The notes under the pieces are model-generated. The model had not been told where the DNA came from, did no database searches, and saw nothing but the letters and a program-made list of their open reading frames with translations. A stretch of DNA of 64,000 bases from Candidatus Velthaea sp. Lineage in GTDB: Bacteria > Vulcanimicrobiota > Vulcanimicrobiia > Vulcanimicrobiales > Vulcanimicrobiaceae. How positions within the stretch are numbered: position 1 is the stretch's first letter; every line of letters begins with the position of its first letter. Shown here piece after piece: positions 1 through 9,778 of the stretch. The stretch spans positions 1-64,000 of the forward strand of contig CBDCCS010000010.1 in NCBI GenBank assembly GCA_965214935.1, written 5' to 3'. The position numbers and the translations under genes are program-made.

Positions 1-529
1 CAAACCGGCCGCGCGCGACTCGATCGGCCGTCGCGCGTGCCGGAGCGCCGACCGGGAGCCGGACGCTGAACCAGAACGTGCTGCCGCAGCCGAGATCGCT
101 GATGACGCCGATCGTTCCGCCCATCGATTCGACGAGCCGTTTGGAAATCGCTAAACCGCGTCCCGGTCCGCCGGTCTGCGGGTCGCTGCCTTCGCGCGCA
201 GTGGAATCGGTAAAGAGCAGATGCTGGCGCTCGAGCGCAATCCCCGGACCCCAATCGCTCACCTCGAAACGCAACGCCGCGGCAGCGATCGAATCGACAT
301 AGACCCGCATGCGAACGCGTCCGTTGCCGGTGAATTTGATTGCGTTGCTCAGCAGATGAAGAACGATCTGCTGTAAGAGCGCGGCATCGCCGAGCACCGC
401 CGGCGGTACGTCCGGCGCGACGTTCAGCTCGAGTTCGATGCCTTTGAACGCTGCTTCCGAACGCACGATGGAAAACGCGTCGTCGATGACGGCGCAAGGG
501 TTGAGCGGGGCGCTGGTAAGTTCGATCAC
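1..529 (-). CDS. Histidine-kinase-type ATPase (HATPase_c) protein, runs off window edge
   Basis: Manual translation of minus strand: N-box LLSNAIKFT, G1 VSDWGPGI, G2 GRGLAISKRLVESMGGTIGV, GSTFWF. Start at GTG 529 is uncertain; no stop inside the window. Confidence 0.8.
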   Translation of the reverse strand, partial: MIELTSAPLNPCAVIDDAFSIVRSEAAFKGIELELNVAPDVPPAVLGDAALLQQIVLHLLSNAIKFTGNGRVRMRVYVDSIAAAALRFEVSDWGPGIALERQHLLFTDSTAREGSDPQTGGPGRGLAISKRLVESMGGTIGVISDLGCGSTFWFSVRLPVGAPARATADRVARGRF

Positions 530-710
530 GGCCTCAAATTCTTGAATCGAGCCGGCCGGATCCCCAAGCGGAGCAGATCCGCACGCGGTAACGCGCGGCC
601 GTAGCGGCAAGCTCTTGCGCTCAGTTCGTTTATCGGCGAAGCCCGTCGCCCGCTTGAGCCGGGCAGCCGCTGAAATGCGTTGTGCCGCGCGCGTCGTAAC
701 CCAAGCCACG

Positions 711-1460
711 ATGACCGACGAGCTTCCGGGCGACCCGCGCGCCTATATCTTGGGCGGCAACGCCAGTACGCTGGCCTTTGTATCGAGCTTCGTGCCGGAG
801 AACCGTCAAATTACGGCCTGGCTCATCCCGATGGCTTGGACGCCGATCGGCGTGGCACTTGGTGAAAACTGGCAGAAGGTGAGCATCGCGGCCGACAACG
901 TCCCCGGCTGGGCGGATCAAACGTTTTCGCCGGATGATGAACGGTCGTTCGTTACCTCGCTGCGCGATCTCGACATGCTCGTGCGGATCGGCTGGGACGC
1001 GGCCGTTCCGACCGAATTAAGCGAGCCGGTCATCGTCAATCCGGAAGATATCCCCGAAGACGTACTGGACGGCATCACGCATCCGCTCGAAGTGCTGACG
1101 CAGTGTGCGATTTGCCGCCGCACGTGCGTGCGCGATCACTTTGTCTGGAACGAGCGGCGCATGTGCGCTTGGGACTACCATGCGACGGTGTTCGGCAAGC
1201 GCGGACCCTGGCGTGACGAACCGTACGAGGACCGTCACTTTGCGACGCTGCCGCGGGCGAAATATATCGCGGGCGGCCTGCTCGAAGATATCGGTGTCGA
1301 CGCCGTCCTTGCCATCGACGGTCTCGACGACGGCTTATCGCAAACCCTCATCAGCCAAGTGATGGCCACCGATGCCGGGGCACATCTGGCGGTGCGCACC
1401 GAGGGCGGCTATACGGTTCTGCGCGAGCGACCCGTGGCGGCTGCCGGAGCCGCGAACTGA
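711..1460 (+). CDS. Hypothetical protein with Cys/His cluster
   Basis: Long ORF, likely ATG 711; CAICRRTC...CAWDYH; stop overlaps next gene. Confidence 0.7.
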   Translation: MTDELPGDPRAYILGGNASTLAFVSSFVPENRQITAWLIPMAWTPIGVALGENWQKVSIAADNVPGWADQTFSPDDERSFVTSLRDLDMLVRIGWDAAVPTELSEPVIVNPEDIPEDVLDGITHPLEVLTQCAICRRTCVRDHFVWNERRMCAWDYHATVFGKRGPWRDEPYEDRHFATLPRAKYIAGGLLEDIGVDAVLAIDGLDDGLSQTLISQVMATDAGAHLAVRTEGGYTVLRERPVAAAGAAN

Positions 1461-2860
1461 CGGATCGCGCGCTCGCGCGGCTCAGTACGCTCTTCGTCAT
1501 TCTTTTCGCACTCTTGGCCGGCCGCCAAGTATGGTTCGTCATCTTTGAAGGCCCCGCACTCAACGCCGATCCGCGCAACCCGCGTCAAGCGCGCTCGGCA
1601 GCCGGTCGCGGCGCGATTCTGGCTCGTGACGGCACTTTTTTAGCCGTTACGCGCAACGGCAAGCGCATCTATCCCGGCGGCGCGGCGTTTGCCCATGCCG
1701 TCGGCTATGCATCGGCACGCTTCGGCACCGCGGGACTCGAGGATGCCTTCGATCGTGCGTTGATGCCCGAGCACGCCGCGAGCGATCCGCTCGAGACGGT
1801 ATTCGAGATTTTTTCGGGTTCGCGCCCGCCGGCGCAAGGCGCCGATGTCACCACGACGCTCGATCCCGTCGTTCAGCATGCGCTTCTGCGCGGCTTAGCG
1901 CCGTTCGGGCGGGCCGCCGGTATCGTACTCGATCCGCGCACGGGGGCCGTTTTAGCGCTCGCGAGCGTGCCGGGCTTCGATCCGAATACGCTCGAAGCAG
2001 ACTTTGCGCGCTTGTCGCACGACGAGCGCAGTCCACTGCTCGATCGCGCGACGTCAGGCTTGTATCCGCCGGGCTCGACGTTCAAAATCATTACGGCTGC
2101 CGATGCGCTCGACGCCGGGGTCGTGACGCCGGCCACGATGTTTGACGATACCGGCGGTTTTGCAGTCGGCAATTTCGTCGTGCGCAATGACGAAGAAGAA
2201 CGCACGGGCCGGCAAAATCTTAGCGGTGCATTCGCGCTCTCGAGTAATGTCGATTTCGCTCGCATTGCCATCGATCTGCGACCGGATCGCTGGTATGCAT
2301 ATGCGGCGCGCTGGCAGCTTGCAGCGCCGCTGCCCTTCGATCTACCGGTCTCGCGCGACCGGCTTCCGCCGGCTGATACGCTGAGCCCCTCGATGCTCGC
2401 GCAGCTTGGATTCGGTCAAGCATCGCTACTCGTGACACCGCTGCGTATGGCCCTCATTACGGCAACGATCGCGCACGGCGGCGTCATGCCGCAACCGTTC
2501 ATCGTACGAACAATCGCGCGTCCTGCGCAAACGCCGGTGCAAACGCGGGCTGCAACGCTGGGCGAACCAATTAGCGCACAAACGGCAAGCGCCGTACGCG
2601 ACATGATGATCGCCGTTGTAACGCGCGGCACGGGAACTGCCGCCGGGCTTCCCAACGTTAGCGTAGCCGGAAAGACCGGTACGGCGACGAACCCACACGG
2701 TAAATCGCACGCCTGGTTCGTGGCCTTTGCCCCGGCGGCGGCGCCGCGAATCGCCGTCGCGATCGTTATCGAAAATGTCGGTTACGGCGGGAGTTTTGCG
2801 GCACCGGTTGCCAAACGCGTCTTGCAAGTCGCGCTCGGCCAAGAGGAAGTACGACGATGA
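1457..2860 (+). CDS. Penicillin-binding protein (PbpA-like transpeptidase)
   Basis: SxxK (GSTFK), SxN (SSN), KTG (GKTGT) motifs. TM anchor is encoded upstream of TTG 1514, so start placed at CTG 1457. Confidence 0.9.
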   Translation: MTDRALARLSTLFVILFALLAGRQVWFVIFEGPALNADPRNPRQARSAAGRGAILARDGTFLAVTRNGKRIYPGGAAFAHAVGYASARFGTAGLEDAFDRALMPEHAASDPLETVFEIFSGSRPPAQGADVTTTLDPVVQHALLRGLAPFGRAAGIVLDPRTGAVLALASVPGFDPNTLEADFARLSHDERSPLLDRATSGLYPPGSTFKIITAADALDAGVVTPATMFDDTGGFAVGNFVVRNDEEERTGRQNLSGAFALSSNVDFARIAIDLRPDRWYAYAARWQLAAPLPFDLPVSRDRLPPADTLSPSMLAQLGFGQASLLVTPLRMALITATIAHGGVMPQPFIVRTIARPAQTPVQTRAATLGEPISAQTASAVRDMMIAVVTRGTGTAAGLPNVSVAGKTGTATNPHGKSHAWFVAFAPAAAPRIAVAIVIENVGYGGSFAAPVAKRVLQVALGQEEVRR

Positions 2861-2896
2861 TGCGGCGGACACAACGCAAGACGGGAGCCAAGGAAA

Positions 2897-5038
2897 TTGG
2901 ACGGATTGCGTCTTGACGCGGCCGTGAGCGGCATACCGCCGAAACCCGAGCGCGTATTTAATAATCGCTACCGGATTGAGAGCCGGCTCGGTAACGGCGG
3001 TATGGCGCTCGTTTATTCCGGCACCGATACATTATTGCGCCGGCGCGTCGCCGTTAAAGTGCTGCGCGAACAGTATGCCGCCGACGAAGATTTCGTCAAA
3101 CGCTTTTCATACGAAGCCCAGGCGGCCGCGAAGCTATCGCACCCCAACATTGTAAGCGTCTATGATTTCGGTACCGAAGACGCGGCCTATTACATTGTGA
3201 TGGAACTCGTCGACGGTGAAACGTTGGCCGGATTGATCTCCGCCGCGCAACGCATTCCCGAGCGCGTTGCCGTCGATTATGCGTTGCAAATTGCAAGCGG
3301 TCTGGCGTACGCGCATCGTCAAGGTTTGCTGCACCGCGATATCAAGCCGGCCAATATTTTAATGACCAAAGACGATGTGGTCAAGATTTCCGACTTCGGC
3401 ATTGCACGCGCGGTATCGGAAAATACGCTCGGCGTAACGCAGCCCGGCATGGTGATGGGCAGCGTGTACTACCTCTCGCCCGAGCAAGCGCAGGGACTTG
3501 CCATCGATGAGACGTCGGATTTGTATTCGCTGGGCGTCGTGCTTTACCAGATGCTCACCGGGACGCTGCCCTTCAGCGGTGATTCACCGGTCGCCGTTGC
3601 GCTCAAGCATGTATCGACGCCCGCTCCGCGCATCGATCCGGCCGCAACCGGGCTCAATCCGGCGCTCGCCGCAATCGTCGAGCGCTTACTGCAAAAGAAC
3701 CCCCGCGACCGCTTTGCGTCGGCAACCGATCTCGCGTCGGCGTTGCGCGAAGCACGCGAACGGCGTGACGGCACGGCGCTGCCGAATGCCGCGCCGGCAT
3801 TGCACGTGCCGCAACCGCCGCCGCGCCGTTCGGCTGCGCCGGACCGCGCGCCGTTCGATGGTCCGGACGCACCGGCGACCGTTGCGGAGCGCCCGCTATG
3901 GCATTGGCTGCGCGTCGCTGCCCTGCTTGTATTGCTTGTCGTGGCCGCCACGGCGGGCTACCTGCTCTACGGGCGGCCGAAACCCGTGGTCGTTGCGATC
4001 GTCGTCGGCAATTACGTCAATCACACGGCCGACAGCGCGCGCCAGGATCTCGCGCTCTTAGGTCTCACGCCGAAATTCACCGAAGCGGCGAGCGAAACGG
4101 TCGCTGCCAATCGCGTTATCCGTCAATCGCTCGCCCCCGGAACGCAGCTCGCGCACGGCGCGGACGTCGAACTTGTCGTGAGCACCGGTGCACCGCTTGC
4201 CGGCGTCCCGCCGATCGTCGGATTTACTAGTGCCGACGCGCAACGCGAACTGGCCGGCAACCGGCTAAAAGCGCGAATCATCGAGCGTTACGGCAGCGAG
4301 CCGAAAGATCAAGTCGTCGCCGTTGCGCCGGCAGCCGGGCAACAACTGCGCGAAGGTTCGCTCGTCACCCTGACGGTCTCCAAGGGTTTGGCGCCGACGA
4401 CGGTGCCCGATGTCGTCAGTATGAACGTCGATGACGCCCGTGATGCCGCGCGCAAAGCCGGTTTGACGCTCAACATCGTCGACAAACAAGTAAGTGCAAC
4501 GATCCCGCTCAATACGGTGATGTCGCAGACGCAAAGTCCCGGCTCGGCGATCGACCGCGGCGCGTCGGTCGACGTCATGCTCAGCTTGGGTCCGACGTCG
4601 GCAACGGTTCCGGATGTCGGCGCCAAAGCACCCGACGCCGCGCTTAGCGCACTACAAAGCGCCGGTTTTGCGCCGGTGATCACCTACAACGTCGATCCGA
4701 CCAATGCCGGCGGCACGGTCACCGCGCAGCAGCCGGCGCCGGGCAGTTCGGCCAAGCGCGGCTCGAAGGTAACGATCTTTATCGGTGTACCGGGGACGGT
4801 ACCCGATGTCGCCGGTATGCCGCTCGACGACGCGAAATCGGCGTTGCAAAAGAACGGCTATCAAAGCGGAAACATTGCCTATACGAGCGATTGCGTCGGC
4901 GCGACGGCGGGCGATACGACGCCATGCCCGGCCGATGAAGGCAAAATCGTCCGGACCGAACCTGAGGCGAACAAAGATGTCAAGCCGGGTGAAGCGGTCA
5001 CCATCTACGTGCATCGCACCGATACGACCCCGAAATGA
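2897..5038 (+). CDS. pknB: Ser/Thr protein kinase with PASTA repeats (PknB/Stk1 family)
   Basis: LGNGGMALVY, VAVK, HRDIKPAN, DFGIA, TM helix, about four PASTA repeats (VPDV). Confidence 0.93.
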   Translation: MDGLRLDAAVSGIPPKPERVFNNRYRIESRLGNGGMALVYSGTDTLLRRRVAVKVLREQYAADEDFVKRFSYEAQAAAKLSHPNIVSVYDFGTEDAAYYIVMELVDGETLAGLISAAQRIPERVAVDYALQIASGLAYAHRQGLLHRDIKPANILMTKDDVVKISDFGIARAVSENTLGVTQPGMVMGSVYYLSPEQAQGLAIDETSDLYSLGVVLYQMLTGTLPFSGDSPVAVALKHVSTPAPRIDPAATGLNPALAAIVERLLQKNPRDRFASATDLASALREARERRDGTALPNAAPALHVPQPPPRRSAAPDRAPFDGPDAPATVAERPLWHWLRVAALLVLLVVAATAGYLLYGRPKPVVVAIVVGNYVNHTADSARQDLALLGLTPKFTEAASETVAANRVIRQSLAPGTQLAHGADVELVVSTGAPLAGVPPIVGFTSADAQRELAGNRLKARIIERYGSEPKDQVVAVAPAAGQQLREGSLVTLTVSKGLAPTTVPDVVSMNVDDARDAARKAGLTLNIVDKQVSATIPLNTVMSQTQSPGSAIDRGASVDVMLSLGPTSATVPDVGAKAPDAALSALQSAGFAPVITYNVDPTNAGGTVTAQQPAPGSSAKRGSKVTIFIGVPGTVPDVAGMPLDDAKSALQKNGYQSGNIAYTSDCVGATAGDTTPCPADEGKIVRTEPEANKDVKPGEAVTIYVHRTDTTPK

Positions 5039-5577
5039 TGCGCCGCATACTGGGCGTCGATCCGGGATTGCGCACGACCGGCTATGGTGTCATCGAGTGT
5101 CGCGCCGGGCGCTTTTCACTTGTCGAAGGCGGCGTGCTCGAGCCGCGCGCCGACCTGCCGCTCGAACATCGTTTGGCTCAACTCTACGCTGCAATGCTCG
5201 AGGTTGTGCAGTCGACGCGGCCGGATTGTATGGTCGTCGAAGAGCTGTGGACGTCGTATAAAAATCCGACGACGGCCGTCCTGATGGGACATGCGCGCGG
5301 AGTAATCGCGCTTGCCGCCGGCACGAGCGGCGTGACGTTCGAGCGGCTAGCACATTCGCTGGTCAAACGCGCTCTCGCCGGTAGCGGCGCTGCACGCAAA
5401 TCGCAAGTCGGCGCGATGGTCGTCCACTTGCTGCAATTGAGCGCGGCGCCGCAGCCCGAAGACGTTTCGGATGCGCTGGCGCTGGCAATCGCGTTTGCAA
5501 ATATCGAGACTCAGCGCGGCCGTTTCGCGCAAAGCGGCGTCGTCTTGCCGCATCAGCGCGTGCGACGCGCGCGGTAA
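5035..5577 (+). CDS. ruvC: Crossover junction endodeoxyribonuclease RuvC
   Basis: ILGVDPGLRTTGYG, DVSDALALA; upstream of ruvAB. Confidence 0.95.
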   Translation: MMRRILGVDPGLRTTGYGVIECRAGRFSLVEGGVLEPRADLPLEHRLAQLYAAMLEVVQSTRPDCMVVEELWTSYKNPTTAVLMGHARGVIALAAGTSGVTFERLAHSLVKRALAGSGAARKSQVGAMVVHLLQLSAAPQPEDVSDALALAIAFANIETQRGRFAQSGVVLPHQRVRRAR

Positions 5578-5579
5578 CG

Positions 5580-6212
5580 ATGTTCTCACGCATTCGCGGC
5601 ATCTTACTGGAACGCACGGCCGAGTCCGCGCTCATCGAGACGGGCGGCCTGGCATACGAAATCACAATGCCGCCGAGCGTCGCCAACAAACTCCCGACCG
5701 TCTCGGGAGCCAGCGTCGCACTCGAGATTTACGCGCAGTTGCAGATCGACGGCAACAGCGGACGCTTTGCGTACTTCGGCTTTTCAAACAGTATCGAACG
5801 TGAATTTTTCGAGGCGTTGATTTCGGTTGCAAGCATCGGCCCGAAGTCGGCGGCGCGAGCGTTTTCGGCACCGATGGCACGCATAGCGCGCGCGATCGAC
5901 GACGGCGATTACGTCTATCTGCGCACGCTGCCGGGAATCGGCCAGCAGAAAGCACGCGATATCGTGGCGAAGCTGCAGGGTAAAGTGACGCGTTTTCTGC
6001 TCATTCGCGATGCGCCCGCAATGCCCGGCTCGACGATACCGAATTTTGCAACCGAGGCGCTAACGGTGTTGATGCAACTCGAATATAAACGCGCGGAAGC
6101 AGAAGAGATGATTGCAACAACGCTCGAAGCCGCGCCGCAACTCAGCGATGCCGAAGCGCTGCTGGCCGAAATTTACCGCCGGCGTCTGCCCGCGGAGTCG
6201 CCGGCCCATTAG
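5580..6212 (+). CDS. ruvA: Holliday junction branch migration protein RuvA
   Basis: N-terminal OB fold, HhH motifs (SIGPKSA, PGIGQQKA); position between ruvC and ruvB. Confidence 0.93.
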   Translation: MFSRIRGILLERTAESALIETGGLAYEITMPPSVANKLPTVSGASVALEIYAQLQIDGNSGRFAYFGFSNSIEREFFEALISVASIGPKSAARAFSAPMARIARAIDDGDYVYLRTLPGIGQQKARDIVAKLQGKVTRFLLIRDAPAMPGSTIPNFATEALTVLMQLEYKRAEAEEMIATTLEAAPQLSDAEALLAEIYRRRLPAESPAH

Positions 6213-6231
6213 CATTCGGCGTAAAATCGTC

Positions 6232-7296
6232 ATGCCCGGATCGGCCGGCGCCGAGGGCGATCTTGCCGGCCCGCTCGATACCGAGCGAATCGTGTCGCCC
6301 GTAGCGCAAGACATTGACGAGCGCGACGGCGCGACCTTGCGGCCGCGAAGCTTCGAGCACTATGTCGGTCAGACGCAGATCGTCGACAATCTCAAGATTG
6401 CAATCGATGCTGCCAAGGGCCGCGGTGAACCGCTCGAACACGTGCTGTTTTCCGGTCCGCCCGGACTCGGTAAAACGACGCTGGCCGGTTTGATCGCGCG
6501 CGAACTCGGCGGCGCGTTACGGCCGACGAGTGGCCCGACGCTCGAAAAACCGAAAGACCTTGTCGGCATTTTGACCGCGCTCGAAGACGGCGACATTTTG
6601 TTCATCGATGAAATTCATCGGCTCAGCAGTGTGGTCGAAGAATATTTGTATCCGGCGATGGAAGATTTTCAAATCGATTTTTTGATCGACAGCGGTGCGT
6701 ATGCCAAGACGATAAAATTACCGCTCAAGCGCTTTACGCTCGTCGGCGCGACGACGCGCGCCGGAATGCTCTCGGCGCCCTTGCGCGATCGCTTCGGCAT
6801 CATGCACCATCTCGATTATTACGACGTGCGCGAACTCGAACGGATTGTCGAACGCAGCGCGCAGGTCCTCGAAATCGAGATCGAGCGTGACGGTGCGGCA
6901 ACGATCGCGCGGCGTAGTCGCGGCACGCCACGCATTGCAAACCGGTTGTTGCGCCGGGTGCGCGATTACGCCCAGGTCCGCGCAGCCGGCGTCATCACCG
7001 GTCCGGTCGCCGATGCAGCGCTCGCGCGTGAAGGCGTCGATGCCCTCGGACTCGATCGCTTGGACCGCTCGTACCTTACGACGATTGCCGTGCAATACGG
7101 CGGCGGTCCGGTCGGGATCAATGCGGTCGCCGCGACGCTCGCCGAAGACGTCGAGACGCTAGAAGACGTCGTCGAGCCGTATTTACTTAAGACCGGTTTC
7201 GTGCAACGCACCGCCAGCGGCCGCAAGATCACGCTGAACGCACTCAATCATCTCGAGCTCCGCGATGCGGGCGCGCTGCAAGAGCGGCTGCTGTAA
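6232..7296 (+). CDS. ruvB: Holliday junction branch migration helicase RuvB
   Basis: LRPRSFEHYVGQ, GPPGLGKTT, FIDEIHRL, SRGTPRIANRLLRRVRD. Confidence 0.97.
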   Translation: MPGSAGAEGDLAGPLDTERIVSPVAQDIDERDGATLRPRSFEHYVGQTQIVDNLKIAIDAAKGRGEPLEHVLFSGPPGLGKTTLAGLIARELGGALRPTSGPTLEKPKDLVGILTALEDGDILFIDEIHRLSSVVEEYLYPAMEDFQIDFLIDSGAYAKTIKLPLKRFTLVGATTRAGMLSAPLRDRFGIMHHLDYYDVRELERIVERSAQVLEIEIERDGAATIARRSRGTPRIANRLLRRVRDYAQVRAAGVITGPVADAALAREGVDALGLDRLDRSYLTTIAVQYGGGPVGINAVAATLAEDVETLEDVVEPYLLKTGFVQRTASGRKITLNALNHLELRDAGALQERLL

Positions 7297-7299
7297 GCG

Positions 7300-8322
7300 A
7301 TGCTCGAACGCGCGCTCTTCCTCAAGGCGACGACGGTTGCACTTCTAACCGGGGGCCTCGATATCTGGTCGACGCCGGGGCCGGTCGCACGTTCGCTCAT
7401 GCGCATACTGATTAGCGCCGACCGCGGCGCCGAACTGCCGCAGCCGGCCGACGGCGACATGTTTACCTTTGCCGGCAAGCGCTGGCGCGGCACGCCCTCG
7501 ATCGTTCCGCTACCGGATGGACGGTCGGGCGTCGTTTCGACGGTCGCCGTCGAAGGTTATTTATACGGTGTCGTGCCGGTCGAAGCGCCCGCGAGCTGGC
7601 CACCCGCAATGCTGCAAGCGCAGGCGATCGTCGCGCGCACGTTCGCGCTGGCGCGCCGTACGCTGTCACGGCCGTACGACGTCGTCGTTTCCCAGACCGA
7701 TCAGCGTTTTGGCGGGATCGAAGCGGAATATCCGGCAACGAATGCCGCCGTCGACGCGACGCAGGGCGCTACGCTGTTATACGCGGACGGCAGCGCCAGC
7801 GTGTTTTACGCGGCGTGTTGCGGCGGCCATACCGCCGATGCCGCCGAGATCTGGGGACGCGCCGAGTTACCGTATTTGCGCGGGGTCGCCGATCCGTACT
7901 GTAGCGCGGCGCCGGATTATCGCTGGCAGCGCAACGTGCCCCTCGAACGTCTGCGGGCGGCTCTCGGTTTGCCGATCCCCGCAGCGATAACCGGATTTGC
8001 TCTCGGTCCGGCCGACGCGGGCGGCCGGCCGTTATCGCTCGATGTGCTCGACGGTTCGCAGCGCTCGACCTTTTCAACGATTGAGTTCCGCCGCCGCCTC
8101 GGGGCCGAAACCGTCCGTTCGACGTGGCTGCGCACGCTGACGATCGACCGGACGAAAAGCGACTTGCCGGTCACGATCGAAGGCGCGGGGCGCGGTCACG
8201 GCGTCGGCTTGTGTCAGTGGGGCGCGCACGCGATGGCGCTGGCGGGCTTTTCGGCGGCGCAGATCCTTGCGTTTTATTTTCCGGGCACGCGCGTTGCGAA
8301 TGTTGACGACGGCGGACGTTGA
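7300..8322 (+). CDS. SpoIID/LytB domain protein
   Basis: EGYLYGVVPVE, LQAQAIVARTFA, GRGHGVGLCQWGA, ILAFYFPG. Confidence 0.9.
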   Translation: MLERALFLKATTVALLTGGLDIWSTPGPVARSLMRILISADRGAELPQPADGDMFTFAGKRWRGTPSIVPLPDGRSGVVSTVAVEGYLYGVVPVEAPASWPPAMLQAQAIVARTFALARRTLSRPYDVVVSQTDQRFGGIEAEYPATNAAVDATQGATLLYADGSASVFYAACCGGHTADAAEIWGRAELPYLRGVADPYCSAAPDYRWQRNVPLERLRAALGLPIPAAITGFALGPADAGGRPLSLDVLDGSQRSTFSTIEFRRRLGAETVRSTWLRTLTIDRTKSDLPVTIEGAGRGHGVGLCQWGAHAMALAGFSAAQILAFYFPGTRVANVDDGGR

Positions 8323-9400
8323 CGAGCGAAGCGTAGCGGCTTACCGCTACGACCTGCCCGACGAACTCATCGCGCGGACGCCGGCCGCGCGGCGCGAGGA
8401 TGCACGGCTCCTGGTACTGGGCGCCGACGGCGCGTTGCAGGATCGGACCTTCGCTCATTTTGCCGCCCAACTCGCGCCGGGCGACGTGCTGGTCATCAAC
8501 GAAACCCGTGTCATTCCGGCGCGCTTACACGGAATGCGAGCCGGTGGCGGGCACGCCGAAGTTCTCTTGCTGCGGCCGAGCGACCGGCCGCAGTTCGATT
8601 ACGCCGCGCGTGAATGGTCTGCACTCGTCAGGCCCGGAAAACGCCTTGCCGCCGGGGCGCGCATCACGTTTGCGAACGGTGCTGCAGCCGAGATCGTACG
8701 GGTGCTCGACGACGGTCCGCGCATCATCCGGTTCAGCGACGGCGTCGATATCGGCGCGCTGCTCGAAGCGCACGGCGAAGTGCCGCTGCCGCCCTACGTC
8801 GGCCCCGGTGATGCGGAGCGCGCGGGCCGCTACCAAACTGTTTTTGCGCGCGTACCGGGCAGCGTAGCGGCGCCGACGGCGTCGCTGCACTTTACGCCCG
8901 CGATTCTTGCAGCGATCGCTGAGCGTGGGGTTACGATCGTTCCGCTGGTGCTCGATGTAGGAATCGGAACGTTTCGTCCAATGAGCGGCGACGCGATCGA
9001 CGAGCATGTCATGCATGCCGAACGCTACACGATACCGGCCGCAACGGCGGCCGCCGTGCGGCGCGCCCGCAACAGCGGCCGGCGGGTCATTGCAGCCGGA
9101 ACCACGGTGCTGCGCGCGCTCGAAAGTTCCGCCCTCGCTCGGGGTGAAGTCGAACCCGGCGATGCAACAACGTCGCTCTTCATCGCGCCGAGTTTCTCGT
9201 TCCGTGCCGTCGACGCGCTGCTGACGAACTTTCATTTGCCGCAGTCAACCTTACTCGTGCTCGTCGCGGCATTTGCCGGCTATACGCGCACCTTTGCGGC
9301 GTACGAACACGCGATTGCCGAACGGTACCGGTTCTTCTCATTCGGCGATGCAATGTTCATTGCCGGGCGCGCCGGCCCGGACGATGGAGGCGCGGCGTGA
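8300..9400 (+). CDS. queA: S-adenosylmethionine:tRNA ribosyltransferase-isomerase
   Basis: YDLPDELIA, NETRVIPAR, GSVAAPTASLHF, TNFHLPQSTL, YRFFSFGDAM. Confidence 0.97.
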   Translation: MLTTADVDERSVAAYRYDLPDELIARTPAARREDARLLVLGADGALQDRTFAHFAAQLAPGDVLVINETRVIPARLHGMRAGGGHAEVLLLRPSDRPQFDYAAREWSALVRPGKRLAAGARITFANGAAAEIVRVLDDGPRIIRFSDGVDIGALLEAHGEVPLPPYVGPGDAERAGRYQTVFARVPGSVAAPTASLHFTPAILAAIAERGVTIVPLVLDVGIGTFRPMSGDAIDEHVMHAERYTIPAATAAAVRRARNSGRRVIAAGTTVLRALESSALARGEVEPGDATTSLFIAPSFSFRAVDALLTNFHLPQSTLLVLVAAFAGYTRTFAAYEHAIAERYRFFSFGDAMFIAGRAGPDDGGAA

Positions 9401-9765
9401 CCAACGACGATGTGCTCAATCTCACACGCTTGGTCGAAGCATTCGAGACCGACGTTGCCTCGATTGCAAATCTGCTGACGCTCGCGCGTGAAACGGAAAA
9501 GCGCTACATTGCCGCACTGCATGCGGCAATCGCCGGCGCGGATCTCATCGCGGTGGCCCGCGCGGCGCATTCGATCAAAGGCAGCGCGTCCAACATCGGC
9601 AGCATGAGTGTCAGCTCGGCCGCCGCGCGGATCGAAGACCGGGCACGCGCCGGCCGGTGGGATGATATCGCCACGTTCGCGACCGAACTCGATGCAGCGT
9701 ATATCGAACTAAGCGAACGCATCGCGCTGTACGCCGCCGGCGTTGCGTCGAACGAGCGCTCGTAG
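9397..9765 (+). CDS. Stand-alone Hpt (histidine phosphotransfer) protein
   Basis: AHSIKGSASNIG Hpt motif; GTGA overlap with queA stop. Confidence 0.88.
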   Translation: MTNDDVLNLTRLVEAFETDVASIANLLTLARETEKRYIAALHAAIAGADLIAVARAAHSIKGSASNIGSMSVSSAAARIEDRARAGRWDDIATFATELDAAYIELSERIALYAAGVASNERS

Positions 9766-9778
9766 ATCGGCGATACGC

